This document shows positions 8,754 through 18,126 of a stretch of 59,498 nt of DNA, in pieces. The stretch covers positions 1 to 59,498 of the IMG/VR virus record IMGVR_UViG_3300027734_000078; one strand, written 5' to 3'. This stretch comes from a virus. Taxonomy: Duplodnaviria; Caudoviricetes. The notes beneath the pieces are model-generated. The model was not told where the DNA came from. It was given only the letters and a program-made list of their open reading frames with translations, and ran no database searches. A program made the position numbers and the translations under genes. How positions within the stretch are numbered: position 1 is the stretch's first letter; every line of letters begins with the position of its first letter.

Positions 8754-9082
8754 ACATAGACCAAGTAAAAGAATATGTGACCACGCAGTTAAAGTCGTAT
8801 AGGGTTAAAGATATCCTAGATAACTTTAGTGACAAAGAGTGGTTGAGTATGTATAAACAGATAGCACCGACCAAGCCACACGAAGTGCAACGCAGACTTA
8901 TTGACTATGCAGTTATGGAGTTAGATAAGTTTAGGTATGTCTTATATAAAGAAAGGCACTATGAAGATTTACTCATAGACAAAGCCTGTCTTGAGTGTTT
9001 GAAGTGTGAAGATGTATCCTGTGCCGAGAGGAAGTATTATGTCAGACGACCCGATAGAAAAGGAGAAAACAATGAGCAATAA
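8750..9082 (+). CDS. hypothetical protein, Cys-rich C-terminus
   Basis: ATGA-coupled start MNIDQVKEY, contains CLECLKCEDVSC. Confidence 0.65.
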   Translation: MNIDQVKEYVTTQLKSYRVKDILDNFSDKEWLSMYKQIAPTKPHEVQRRLIDYAVMELDKFRYVLYKERHYEDLLIDKACLECLKCEDVSCAERKYYVRRPDRKGENNEQ

Positions 9083-9317
9083 AATCACAATAGTATTAAG
9101 TATCAACTCTGATACTGTGTCTCGGTTTTTGTTTGATGACTACATAAACGCTTGTGCTGACGCAAATTTGATGATAAGGTATGAGCCGTATACATCAGAT
9201 ATGTATGCAGAACTCAATGACAAAGCACTAGAAATTGAGAAAAAACAAGCACTTACAGAACTTGAAAATGAAATCTTAAACAATGTAGCCTGTGTCAATG
9301 GCTCTTGCGAAGACTAA
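9072..9317 (+). CDS. hypothetical protein
   Basis: AGGAG RBS before MSNKITI, ends CVNGSCED. Confidence 0.65.
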   Translation: MSNKITIVLSINSDTVSRFLFDDYINACADANLMIRYEPYTSDMYAELNDKALEIEKKQALTELENEILNNVACVNGSCED

Positions 9318-9428
9318 TATAAAGGAGAACTCTATGAAACAATCCATCTATACCTTTTTAATAAAGGCACACTAGTCTACTTCTAGACTAAATTTAAACT
9401 CGTATAAACAAATATAAAGGAGGTCAGT

Positions 9429-9815
9429 ATGATTGACCAAGCTTTGCTTTGTCTCGCCACGACCATATACATGGAGTCTGCTCATGAGCCACATCAGGCA
9501 CAAGTAGCAGTAGGCTATGTGTTAATGAGGCGAGCCGACTTTGAAAAAAAGAATGTGTGCCTTGAAATGAAACGACCATATCAGTTTAGTTGGTATGGGT
9601 TAGTGCAACCACCTTCGGTAATAAGACAGGAATATTTTGATATTGCTTACAAGGTATTACATCGCCTTGAAGTTGATTATAGTTATGGTGCAACAAACTT
9701 CCATGACACTACCATAAAGAAACCAAAGTCATGGACAAGATTAGAACCTGTAGTTAAATGGTCTAATCTTATTTTTTATAAACAAAAAGGAGAGAGATAT
9801 GCAAGTGCAAATTGA
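9429..9815 (+). CDS. SleB/Hydrolase_2 family cell wall hydrolase
   Basis: CLATTIYMES, AVGYVLMRR, YQFSW, GATNFH and LIFY motifs. AGGAGG RBS. Confidence 0.85.
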   Translation: MIDQALLCLATTIYMESAHEPHQAQVAVGYVLMRRADFEKKNVCLEMKRPYQFSWYGLVQPPSVIRQEYFDIAYKVLHRLEVDYSYGATNFHDTTIKKPKSWTRLEPVVKWSNLIFYKQKGERYASAN

Positions 9816-10074
9816 ACTAAACGCAGACCAAATAGAACAGATATTGTGTGAAGGTTTGAAACAAGCTTACGAAGTTAACTTAACTTTTCCCGATGAACCC
9901 GACTATGAAAAGCTACACCAAGCGTTTCAAGTATTACTTCCATACTTTATAGGGGAAGAAAACTATTTGCAGTTTGTAGTTAAAGCTAAAAAGAGTGCTG
10001 ATAAAGTATTAGAGCATGACAAGAAGTTAAAGAAGTATGGTAAAGCTTTAGCTGACGCATACGGGGGGCTATGA
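9799..10074 (+). CDS. hypothetical protein
   Basis: 91-aa ORF with AGGAG RBS. Confidence 0.7.
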   Translation: MQVQIELNADQIEQILCEGLKQAYEVNLTFPDEPDYEKLHQAFQVLLPYFIGEENYLQFVVKAKKSADKVLEHDKKLKKYGKALADAYGGL

Positions 10075-10178
10075 TGTCTAAACTAGATGTTGTATGCCTA
10101 GCCATAATTATAATTACAATACTATGGTTTATTGGGGGAGTTATTGAATGTCTATACCATTTACTTATGCTGTTGTAG
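10074..10178 (+). CDS. small hydrophobic protein (34 aa)
   Basis: MSKLDVVCLAIIIITILWFIGGVIECLYHLLMLL, coupled to the upstream stop. Confidence 0.5.
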   Translation: MSKLDVVCLAIIIITILWFIGGVIECLYHLLMLL

Positions 10179-10327
10179 ATGATGACGGAGAAATCTTACG
10201 CAAGTATAGATGGAGTGCTAAAGAGGCGAAGTGGCATAAAGAACAAGGGAGTAATGTCATTAAGCTAGAAGTCATTAAAGAAGTAGAGGTAGATGTTATG
10301 TCTTTAGTAGGAGAGTGTTTATTCTAA
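10148..10327 (+). CDS. hypothetical protein (59 aa)
   Basis: MSIPFTYAVVDDDGEILRKYRW...GECLF with GGAG RBS. Below the ORF-track cutoff. Confidence 0.65.
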   Translation: MSIPFTYAVVDDDGEILRKYRWSAKEAKWHKEQGSNVIKLEVIKEVEVDVMSLVGECLF

Positions 10328-10539
10328 TGTATACCAAGCTAGATGATTGGCGTCATGCCAACAAAGTTAACGAAGTTTTATTAAAAGAACCTACTGCTAC
10401 CAAAAAACATATTAGTAGTGTGTTAGGACTTTGCGATGCACGATTAAACTATTTGCATAGTCAAGGACTTATTAACATACAACATACTTATAGGAGAACT
10501 TATGAACAAAGAACAAAGACGAGCCATACGCAAGTTTGA
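10327..10539 (+). CDS. small putative HTH protein
   Basis: TAATG coupling. PTATKKHISSVLGLCDARLNYL resembles a winged HTH. Confidence 0.5.
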   Translation: MYTKLDDWRHANKVNEVLLKEPTATKKHISSVLGLCDARLNYLHSQGLINIQHTYRRTYEQRTKTSHTQV

Positions 10540-10768
10540 AACATGGCAGTTGAGAAAGTTTGCGTCAAACGCAAAAAAGGGTTATCACTTTTTCCAACCC
10601 GATAGCGTGCCGAAACCTACACCCCGTTCTGCTTACGAAGCTTGGCGTGGGGTATATACAAATGGGGACAGTGACCGTAGACAAGAGAAGTATATGACAT
10701 GGACAATCTATGCGTTTGCGTTTGCGTATGTTGCGTTTTTAATTTGGAGAGAATATGTATTTATGTAA
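10502..10768 (+). CDS. hypothetical protein with C-terminal TM helix
   Basis: AGGAG RBS, hydrophobic C-terminus. Confidence 0.65.
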   Translation: MNKEQRRAIRKFETWQLRKFASNAKKGYHFFQPDSVPKPTPRSAYEAWRGVYTNGDSDRRQEKYMTWTIYAFAFAYVAFLIWREYVFM

Positions 10769-10949
10769 ATGTGGGAACGAGATAGCTGATGAACGCATAG
10801 CCATAGGTTATCATGTGTGTCTTAAGTGTGGAGAGAAGAACGCACTTAATTATAAACATACGATTGTGCCTATGCCGAAGTCAAACTATATTGTTGTAAC
10901 TGATTTAGAACTACTAAAAGGGCTTAATTCTTCACACAAAAGTAAGTAA
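10755..10949 (+). CDS. DksA/TraR-like C4 zinc-finger protein
   Basis: CKCGNEIADERIAIGYHVCLKC. Confidence 0.65.
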   Translation: MYLCKCGNEIADERIAIGYHVCLKCGEKNALNYKHTIVPMPKSNYIVVTDLELLKGLNSSHKSK

Positions 10950-10968
10950 TTTTTTTGAGACTTTTGAC

Positions 10969-10997
10969 TTGACATTGTCAAGTAGGTATGCTATAAT
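10969..10997 (+). promoter_or_regulatory. consensus sigma70 early promoter P3
   Basis: TTGACA-17 nt-TATAAT with extended -10. The -35 lies within the palindrome TTGACATTGTCAA. Confidence 0.9.
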
Positions 10998-11038
10998 AAT
11001 ATTTGTAAGAGTAGTAAAAGTAGTATGTATTTTAACCT

Positions 11039-11070
11039 GTGACAATTGCGTAAATTTACGCACATGTCAC
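11039..11070 (+). repeat. 32-nt hairpin element, copy 3
   Basis: GTGACA AT TGCGTA AATT TACGCA CA TGTCAC. Confidence 0.85.
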
Positions 11071-11090
11071 TTTTTTTATGGAGAGCAATC

Positions 11091-11261
11091 ATGAAACAGG
11101 ATATAAAAAGCGAGCAGTATCAAGCCAAGTTATTAGGTGAACTATTCAAATCATATGGGTTAAATCATGTAACCCCTATCCCTTCCGAAACAAATTACAA
11201 ACTAGCAGTATATCTAATGAAAACCAAAGGAGAGAAAAATGCAAAACATCTTTCCAAATAA
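11091..11261 (+). CDS. hypothetical protein
   Basis: GGAG RBS before MKQDIKSE. Confidence 0.6.
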   Translation: MKQDIKSEQYQAKLLGELFKSYGLNHVTPIPSETNYKLAVYLMKTKGEKNAKHLSK

Positions 11262-11670
11262 ACAAGAAAAAGAAACACTACTGACGCAGTTAAATCTGCT
11301 AGGTGCAAAGCATGTGTATGTAGAGTTTAGAGGTGGAGGTGATGAAGGGCAAATAGAAGGTGTCTTTTATAGAGATAGGAATGATGATGTTCACGACATA
11401 CCTAGTGACATGATTGCTTGGACACAAATTGCCTATGGTGATAAGCCCCTTGAAACAAAACAGATGTCGTTATATGAAGCCCTTGAAGACTTATGTAGTC
11501 GTGCATTAGATGGCACAGGGTTGGATTGGTATAACAACGAAGGTGGTCAAGGTGAGTTTACGATTGACTTTACTGAAAGCCCTCCAAAGATAAGCTTGAA
11601 TGTCGGTATCAATCATATGTCAACAGATGATTATACCTACGACATGGACGATGAGGAGGACGAAATATAA
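11239..11670 (+). CDS. acidic protein, DUF6878-like
   Basis: V.F.GGGDEGQIE and DWYNNEGGQG motifs, family recalled from memory. Confidence 0.55.
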   Translation: MQNIFPNKQEKETLLTQLNLLGAKHVYVEFRGGGDEGQIEGVFYRDRNDDVHDIPSDMIAWTQIAYGDKPLETKQMSLYEALEDLCSRALDGTGLDWYNNEGGQGEFTIDFTESPPKISLNVGINHMSTDDYTYDMDDEEDEI

Positions 11671-12011
11671 TGAATACTCATTACCATTCTAAAACATCTG
11701 TAAAGAAGTGGGGAGGTGTTGAGGCAGACTATCAACCTATCCATGATTGGTTTGATGCAACCAAAGAATGTTTTGCTGATGCAAGACACAGGGCAATTCG
11801 TCATCACTCACAGGGTATCTTTGAATGTGAAAGACAATTCGGGTTATTCATTGTGAATAGTGATGGTCGTGAAGTGCCTACAAGACTTATCGGGGAACAA
11901 CATGTTAAAGAAGATTGTGGTGGGTGGATACCTAGCATGCAAGATTGGCTTATTAACATGAAGTTTGTTAGTTGGATGAACAGAGGTTATGACATGAAAG
12001 AAGGAGAATAG
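11670..12011 (+). CDS. His-rich protein, DUF6915-like
   Basis: H..SVKKWGG, IHDWFD.TK, RHRAIRHH and EQHVKEDCG motifs. Confidence 0.6.
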   Translation: MNTHYHSKTSVKKWGGVEADYQPIHDWFDATKECFADARHRAIRHHSQGIFECERQFGLFIVNSDGREVPTRLIGEQHVKEDCGGWIPSMQDWLINMKFVSWMNRGYDMKEGE

Positions 12012-12012
12012 C

Positions 12013-12882
12013 ATGGGCTTTCATATAAACACTAGCAATATGCCTGTTATCAAAACCTTTGAACAGGCAAAGAAAGAGTATCAAAGTAGAACTGCTGTGC
12101 GTGGTCAGCCACATTCCATGCGTAGATTGGGTGGTAGGTATGAGAAAGAGAAATGGCTTAAGCAAGAAATGTTAGAAGGTGTTGAAGTCTATATCGCAGG
12201 CTACTATGACACAGAGTTAGTTAGATATTACCCTACGCATATGGAGTTTAGTTTAGGTGGGTATCCATCGTTAAGCACAAAGTTATTTATACAAGGGCTA
12301 ACATATACTATTTCGTTTTGGAAATATTATGCCGATGACTATGTGCCTAAACCCTTTAGCCACGAAGCTAACAAAGATATAGAGTCACGAGTAACACTAT
12401 ACGGAATCAGAGATGAAGCCGATAGACATATTGATAAAGATAGTTGGTATAAGGTGTATTACGATAAAAGGTTTGATGATAATAATAATTACCTTACACC
12501 TAAAAAGTTTAAGGTAGATAGAAAACGTATGAAAGAAATAACTCGTGAGTATCAACCCTTTCTTAAGTATGCAGATAGTATGAGTAAGTTGAATAATGAT
12601 TATATAACTGATGAAGCTACTCAAAAGTATATCAATACACAAACGATGAATAATAAAAACTCACTTGCTAATATTATTTTAAATAGTGCGTTAGATGAAA
12701 GTCAATGGTGGTATGCGTATTATGCGTTGGCTCGTCAGACATATAGTTCTGTATTTAATCCTAGCAATCGTGAATGGGAAGGTAAGATAACCATTCGTGG
12801 TATGAAAAATTATTTATACAACGAGTTAAAGAAAAATAGTCCACAAGTTTTAGTAGAAGTAAAACCCGAGACAAATGCGTAA
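12013..12882 (+). CDS. hypothetical protein
   Basis: 289-aa ORF with AGGAG RBS. Confidence 0.75.
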   Translation: MGFHINTSNMPVIKTFEQAKKEYQSRTAVRGQPHSMRRLGGRYEKEKWLKQEMLEGVEVYIAGYYDTELVRYYPTHMEFSLGGYPSLSTKLFIQGLTYTISFWKYYADDYVPKPFSHEANKDIESRVTLYGIRDEADRHIDKDSWYKVYYDKRFDDNNNYLTPKKFKVDRKRMKEITREYQPFLKYADSMSKLNNDYITDEATQKYINTQTMNNKNSLANIILNSALDESQWWYAYYALARQTYSSVFNPSNREWEGKITIRGMKNYLYNELKKNSPQVLVEVKPETNA

Positions 12883-12899
12883 TTCCACGCAAATGTCTT
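12868..12899 (+). repeat. 32-nt hairpin element, copy 4
   Basis: GAGACA AA TGCGTA ATTC CACGCA AA TGTCTT. Confidence 0.75.
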
Positions 12900-12920
12900 T
12901 AACCTTAAGGAGAAAGCAAG

Positions 12921-13967
12921 ATGCAACAAGAAATCAGTTTGAAACAAGCAGAAGAGTTGATTGCAACAGTCGGTCGTGATGTTACAGTTCATCTCAAAGG
13001 TCAGCCAGGCATTGGCAAGTCATCTATATTGAAATCATTAGCTAAACGATTTCCCGACCACACACCTGTGTATATAGATTGTGCTGACTTAGATTTGGGC
13101 GACCTAGCTATGCCTGCCATGAACCATGAGAGCAAGACTACTACATTCTATCCGAATGAACGCTTTGCTATTCATGACAACAAGCCTGTCATCATCATGC
13201 TAGATGAGATAACAAAGGCAAGCGAACCTGTTAAGAATATGTTATTGCCTGTCATGCTAGAGAGAAGGTTAGGTGCAGTTAAGTTTCACCCCGACTCTAT
13301 TGTATATTCAACAGGTAATCTTACAACAGATGGTGTAGGTGACACGATGAAGGCTCATGCCAAGAACAGATTGACGGCAGTCATTGTGCGTAACCCTAAT
13401 GATGATGAGTGGATTAATTGGGCTATTGATAACAACATAGCACCCGAAGTTGTAGCGTGGGTTAAACAATTTCCTCATGCCCTAGCATCATATACAGATG
13501 ACTCACAGAAAGAGAACATGTATATCTACAATCCTAGAAAACAGCAAGAGGCATTTGTATCGCCTCGTTCGTTAGAGAAAGCATCATTCATTGTTAAGAA
13601 CAGAGCAACACTAGGTGAAGATACTACCTTGACTGCACTTGCAGGCACATTGGGCGAGTCAGCGGCTAGGGATATGTCTGCTTACTTTAGTTTAGCTGAT
13701 GGACTACCGACCAAAGAAAGTATCTATCAAGAACCCGACAAGGCTCAGTTGCCTAACGACCCTGCGGCTCGAGTAATTCTAGTGATGAGAGAACTTATGA
13801 CAATCACAGACAAACATATGGATGCGTGGGTAACTTATCTTCAACGCTTACCAATGGAGATACAAGCATTGTTTGCAGTCAACATGATGGCATCATCACG
13901 CAAACAGATTGCGGCTACCAACAAGTCGTTCATTGATTGGGCAGTTAAGAATAACCAATACTTCTAG
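12921..13967 (+). CDS. MoxR-like AAA+ ATPase
   Basis: Walker A GQPGIGKS, Walker B IIMLDEITKA, sensor TGN and SPRS. Confidence 0.88.
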   Translation: MQQEISLKQAEELIATVGRDVTVHLKGQPGIGKSSILKSLAKRFPDHTPVYIDCADLDLGDLAMPAMNHESKTTTFYPNERFAIHDNKPVIIMLDEITKASEPVKNMLLPVMLERRLGAVKFHPDSIVYSTGNLTTDGVGDTMKAHAKNRLTAVIVRNPNDDEWINWAIDNNIAPEVVAWVKQFPHALASYTDDSQKENMYIYNPRKQQEAFVSPRSLEKASFIVKNRATLGEDTTLTALAGTLGESAARDMSAYFSLADGLPTKESIYQEPDKAQLPNDPAARVILVMRELMTITDKHMDAWVTYLQRLPMEIQALFAVNMMASSRKQIAATNKSFIDWAVKNNQYF

Positions 13968-13975
13968 GAGGATAT

Positions 13976-14098
13976 ATGACGGACGAATTTTTAGATTGGC
14001 TTAATCAATGCCCTAACCAATGGTTAAGGCTTGAAGATACAGAAGGCACTGTTACATATATGTTTTATAAGGAGAATAGTGATGGCACTAACGAGTGA
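13976..14098 (+). CDS. small hypothetical protein (40 aa)
   Basis: MTDEFLDWLNQCPNQW... with AGGAGG RBS. Confidence 0.6.
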   Translation: MTDEFLDWLNQCPNQWLRLEDTEGTVTYMFYKENSDGTNE

Positions 14099-15233
14099 GC
14101 AAAGAGTCACGAAGTCCCACATAGCTATAATGCGTAGCAAACAGTTCTGTATGTTTGCAGGTGTGTTATCGGTGGGCAAGGTAAACTTTACGGAAGACTT
14201 ACCGACTGCGGCAACCAATGGTCGTGATGTCATGTATAACCCAAAGTTTATTGATACATTGAATGACAAAGAACTAAACTATGTTGTGTTGCATGAAGCG
14301 TTGCACAAGGTGTATCAACATATGCACCTATGGAAAAAGCTATGGAAAGAAAATCCCATGCTTGCAAACATGGCGGCTGACTATGTTGTGAACTATGCAA
14401 TACATGAAGCTGATGCTGATAGTGAGATTGCCAAACGACCCGACTCAGCGTTGTTTGATATGGCTTACAAGGGCATGACTACTAAACAAATCTTTGACAT
14501 GCTTAAGAAAGATAGTAACTTTGTTAAGCAACAAGCAGGTCATGATACACATGATTGGGAAGGTGCTGAAGCTTTATCTGATGATGAAGTTAAAGAGACT
14601 GCCAAGCAGATAGACCAAGCATTACGACAAGGTGAAATTATTCGTGGCAAGATGCAAGGCAATAAGAACAGAGCAGTCAACGAAATACTTGAACCTAAAG
14701 TAAATTGGCGTGAGCAATTGCGTGAGTTCGTCAATTCTACTTGTAAGAACAAAGATAGAACATCATGGAAACGACCACACAAGCGTTTCATTGGGCATGA
14801 CATATATATGCCTAGCATGATAGGTGAGTCTATAGGTCAAGTTGTAGTCGGTATAGATACATCGGGTTCTATTGGTCAGAAAGAACTCAATGAGTTTTTA
14901 TCAGAAGTTGTAGCTATATGTGATGATGTATCCCCATCAAGTATAGAGTTATTGTATTGGGATACTGCAGTTGCAGGGCATGAGACATACAATCAAGGTG
15001 ACTACAAAGCCTTGGTTCAATCTACCAAACCTGCAGGTGGGGGTGGCACTCATGTTGGTTGCGTCAATCAGTATGTTAAAGATAAACGCATACAACCCGA
15101 GGCTATCATTATATTAACAGATGGATATGTAGAAGATGATTGGGGTGGCAATTGGGAATACCCTACACTATGGGCAGTCACAGCACGCCACAACACATCA
15201 CCACATGGTAAGACCATTCATATTGATGAGTAA
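14082..15233 (+). CDS. metallopeptidase-VWA protein (DUF2201-like)
   Basis: TAATNG, LHEALH (HExxH), MIDAS IDTSGSI, GGGGT and ILTDG. Confidence 0.88.
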   Translation: MALTSEQRVTKSHIAIMRSKQFCMFAGVLSVGKVNFTEDLPTAATNGRDVMYNPKFIDTLNDKELNYVVLHEALHKVYQHMHLWKKLWKENPMLANMAADYVVNYAIHEADADSEIAKRPDSALFDMAYKGMTTKQIFDMLKKDSNFVKQQAGHDTHDWEGAEALSDDEVKETAKQIDQALRQGEIIRGKMQGNKNRAVNEILEPKVNWREQLREFVNSTCKNKDRTSWKRPHKRFIGHDIYMPSMIGESIGQVVVGIDTSGSIGQKELNEFLSEVVAICDDVSPSSIELLYWDTAVAGHETYNQGDYKALVQSTKPAGGGGTHVGCVNQYVKDKRIQPEAIIILTDGYVEDDWGGNWEYPTLWAVTARHNTSPHGKTIHIDE

Positions 15234-15241
15234 TATAACCC

Positions 15242-15273
15242 GAGACATTGTATCAAAAATGATACTTTGTCTC
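15242..15273 (+). repeat. 32-nt hairpin element, copy 5 (inner stem replaced, pairing kept)
   Basis: GAGACA TT GTATCA AAAA TGATAC TT TGTCTC. Confidence 0.75.
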
Positions 15274-15293
15274 TTTTTTCAAGGAGAGAAAAA

Positions 15294-15821
15294 GTGGCAA
15301 TATATTTAAAACAAGAAGTAATGCAGTATACAAAGTCTATAACTATGGAAATAGATTTTAATTTGTTTAGTGATAGGCAGATTAAAAACATAGTAAGACA
15401 AGTTCGTAATGGGAGTGTATCACAAGGTAGGACAATGCCTTCAGCAGTAGCTAGGTGGTTAATTAAAAAGTATCCAATCCCTCACTTCAGTTTTAGCAGA
15501 TGGTATTCTTCATGGAAAAATATTCCAGACGGTCATACATTCTTTAAAACGCTTAAAAATGTAGCATCAATAGCTAAAATTAGTGCGGATTCTTATGACA
15601 TGCGTCACATAGAAACAGATATTGTTAACGCCAACAATCAAACAACATCTACTGAAATGAGAATGTATACCTACGATACAGAAACGGTAAAAGTTTTAAA
15701 GAAAGCTATGCAAATAGATAATGTTATAGAGGGGGAACTGAAAGAGTTTTTAGAAAAGCTACAAAATAAAACTCTTGGTTTGGTTGCTGTTGAATTTCAA
15801 GAATTTGCAGATAGTTATTAA
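15294..15821 (+). CDS. hypothetical protein, paralog A
   Basis: GTG start after AAGGAG, similar to the next ORF. Confidence 0.7.
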   Translation: MAIYLKQEVMQYTKSITMEIDFNLFSDRQIKNIVRQVRNGSVSQGRTMPSAVARWLIKKYPIPHFSFSRWYSSWKNIPDGHTFFKTLKNVASIAKISADSYDMRHIETDIVNANNQTTSTEMRMYTYDTETVKVLKKAMQIDNVIEGELKEFLEKLQNKTLGLVAVEFQEFADSY

Positions 15822-15831
15822 GGAGAAAATT

Positions 15832-16434
15832 ATGTTAAGTAATATTGATATACACAGTAATTTATCAATGGTGGCAAAAAATATAATAGTTAACATTGAT
15901 ACAGAAAACCTTACCAGAAATCAACTAAAGAGAGTAGCTAATCAAGTAGCAAATGGTTATGCAACAAGTGGTAACGCCACAACATCATATATAACTAGAA
16001 GTATATTGCGTGAATATGCTATTCCACATTTTATTGTAGGTAATGAAAGCAATAGTCATATGTCGTGGAAAAGTATAACACCCGACCATCCAATATTTGA
16101 TGAGTTAGCAGGAGCAGTTGCAATTACTAAATTAGTCACTCCCCATCATGAACATCATCAAAGAACTTTGGCAGATGATATAAGAAAATGGGAGCGAATA
16201 TTGGCAGAACGACCAACAACAGGACATGTTGACTTATATAACATTGACCATTTGGTAAGAGACAAACTGCATGCTATTGGTAGAGTTAAAATAGATAAAG
16301 ACCACAAAGTTCACGAAGTTTTAAAAGCCCTACCTGATATGAAAGAGTTTCCTATTGTGCTTGGTCGAGAAGAGTATTCGTATGCTTTACCCTATGAAGA
16401 ACAGGATAAAGATGAGGATGAATACTATGCCTAA
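15832..16434 (+). CDS. hypothetical protein, paralog B
   Basis: TAAGGAG RBS, shares Y.IPHF and SWK.I...H..F..L with the previous ORF. Confidence 0.7.
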   Translation: MLSNIDIHSNLSMVAKNIIVNIDTENLTRNQLKRVANQVANGYATSGNATTSYITRSILREYAIPHFIVGNESNSHMSWKSITPDHPIFDELAGAVAITKLVTPHHEHHQRTLADDIRKWERILAERPTTGHVDLYNIDHLVRDKLHAIGRVKIDKDHKVHEVLKALPDMKEFPIVLGREEYSYALPYEEQDKDEDEYYA

Positions 16435-16681
16435 ACCTAAAAGCGTAACTATATTATCTTGTAAGTTTAGCACTGTTATATCAGTGCGTGACCACAATAA
16501 TGAAGAGTATCGCATGGATTATTGGGCTTTGCATAATGTATTGATGGAGTTAGTAGATACCGATTGGTTTAAAGATAAGAAAGTGAAATGGAAATACAAG
16601 CGTTTGAATTATGAGGAGACATACAAGCACTTATTGTATCACCCTGCAATACATAAACTTATTAACATAGAGGAGAACTAA
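16427..16681 (+). CDS. hypothetical protein
   Basis: ORF track, exact start uncertain. Confidence 0.6.
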   Translation: MPKPKSVTILSCKFSTVISVRDHNNEEYRMDYWALHNVLMELVDTDWFKDKKVKWKYKRLNYEETYKHLLYHPAIHKLINIEEN

Positions 16682-16682
16682 A

Positions 16683-17528
16683 ATGAGTAACATTAGTATA
16701 GCAAGCAGTGCAGTTTTAATTGACTTAAACATATCAATATGGACAGCTAGGAAACTAGATAAGAATGTGTCTAAAGAAATTGATATAAACAAAAACACAA
16801 CCATCAAGGCGGGTAACTATAACAAACATATCCTTGCAGGTTCAGACCAACTAGATGCTATCACAAAGTTAGCTAATGAAATTCGTGATTGGCATGGTAG
16901 ACAAACACTACCTTGGTCAGATACAGGCACAAGGTTATTACCTATGACAAACTTCTTTGACTATAAACAACAGCTAGGGGTATATGAGGCTGAGTTTAAA
17001 TCTCGTATCAATACGTTTATACAACAATACCCAAACATCATTCAGAGTATGGTATATAAACTAGGTAATCTGTTTGATAGGTCAGAGTATCCCGATGCAG
17101 ACAAGATTGAGTCTAAGTTCAATTTGAGATATACTATTATGCCTGTGCCAGAAACAAAGGACTTCCGTGTTGACATCGCAGATGACATACGAGAAGAGAT
17201 GCAAAAGGAATATCAGAAAGCCTATGAAGGTCGTGTCGAAACTGCTATGAGTGATGCGTGGTCTAGGTTGCATAACACCTTAGAACATATGGTAGATAGA
17301 TTAAGTGGTGATGATAAAAAGATATTTAGGAATAGTTTAGTAGATAATGCATTAGAGTTGACAAATCTATTAACAAGGCTTAATGTAACAAAAGACCCTA
17401 AATTAGAGCAAGCAAGACAAGCGTTAGAACAATCTCTAGTAGGTGTAACAGCAGATGATTTAAGAGAAAGTCAAGGGGCTCGACAAGAAATCTTATCGAG
17501 AGTAAATGAAATTATGGAGAGCATATGA
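16683..17528 (+). CDS. DUF3150-like protein associated with AAA/VWA
   Basis: L.IS.WTARKLDK, TLPW...G.RLLP, LG.LF....YP and DFR motifs. Confidence 0.6.
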   Translation: MSNISIASSAVLIDLNISIWTARKLDKNVSKEIDINKNTTIKAGNYNKHILAGSDQLDAITKLANEIRDWHGRQTLPWSDTGTRLLPMTNFFDYKQQLGVYEAEFKSRINTFIQQYPNIIQSMVYKLGNLFDRSEYPDADKIESKFNLRYTIMPVPETKDFRVDIADDIREEMQKEYQKAYEGRVETAMSDAWSRLHNTLEHMVDRLSGDDKKIFRNSLVDNALELTNLLTRLNVTKDPKLEQARQALEQSLVGVTADDLRESQGARQEILSRVNEIMESI

Positions 17529-17833
17529 AAATATTTCATGCAATAGATGAACAATCATCAGTGGTATCTAAAGAGGATAAGGAAAAGATGGCTATACTTA
17601 AACTCGTAGACGTAGGTAAGTATGTAAAGAATGTAGGTATTAGAGATGGTCAATTTTATGTGATTGCAGAAAACAATACAGATGAAATCTATCTAGAGTA
17701 TAAAGCCGCTATGTCTAACATAGACTCTGCCTTTAAACAAAAAATTGATTTTAGAGTGATAGGTCAGAAGACAGCTGAGTTTCACGATAAGAAAGCAGCT
17801 GTTGTGCAAAGACTTATGGAAATCCCAAAATGA
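17525..17833 (+). CDS. hypothetical protein
   Basis: ATGA-coupled ORF. Confidence 0.7.
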   Translation: MKIFHAIDEQSSVVSKEDKEKMAILKLVDVGKYVKNVGIRDGQFYVIAENNTDEIYLEYKAAMSNIDSAFKQKIDFRVIGQKTAEFHDKKAAVVQRLMEIPK

Positions 17834-18126
17834 AACAACCCGTAAAAGAAAAATGGGTTAAGCAACAAGTAGTTAAGATGCTAAAGGCTCGGGGAGTATA
17901 TTATTTTTTCCCCGTTGCTGGTGCATACACAAGTATAGGTGTGCCTGACATTGTTGCGTGTATCAGAGGTAGATTTGTAGGTATTGAATGTAAGGCAGGA
18001 ACTAATCGACCTACAGAATTACAACTACGAAACCTTGAAGCTATACGCGACAATGAAGGGGTAGCTTTAGTTGTAAATGAAAATGATTTAGAAGCATTAG
18101 AACAAAGATTGGAAACATTAACATGA
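17830..18126 (+). CDS. VRR-NUC domain nuclease
   Basis: GVPDIVAC...FVGIECKAG...PTELQ. Confidence 0.88.
   Translation: MKQPVKEKWVKQQVVKMLKARGVYYFFPVAGAYTSIGVPDIVACIRGRFVGIECKAGTNRPTELQLRNLEAIRDNEGVALVVNENDLEALEQRLETLT

Noticed and set aside
9334-9375. 13-codon ORF after a strong RBS (MKQSIYTFLIKAH)
   Set aside because: Too short to support, possibly a gene remnant. Its AATATAAAGGAG leader is repeated before the hydrolase gene.
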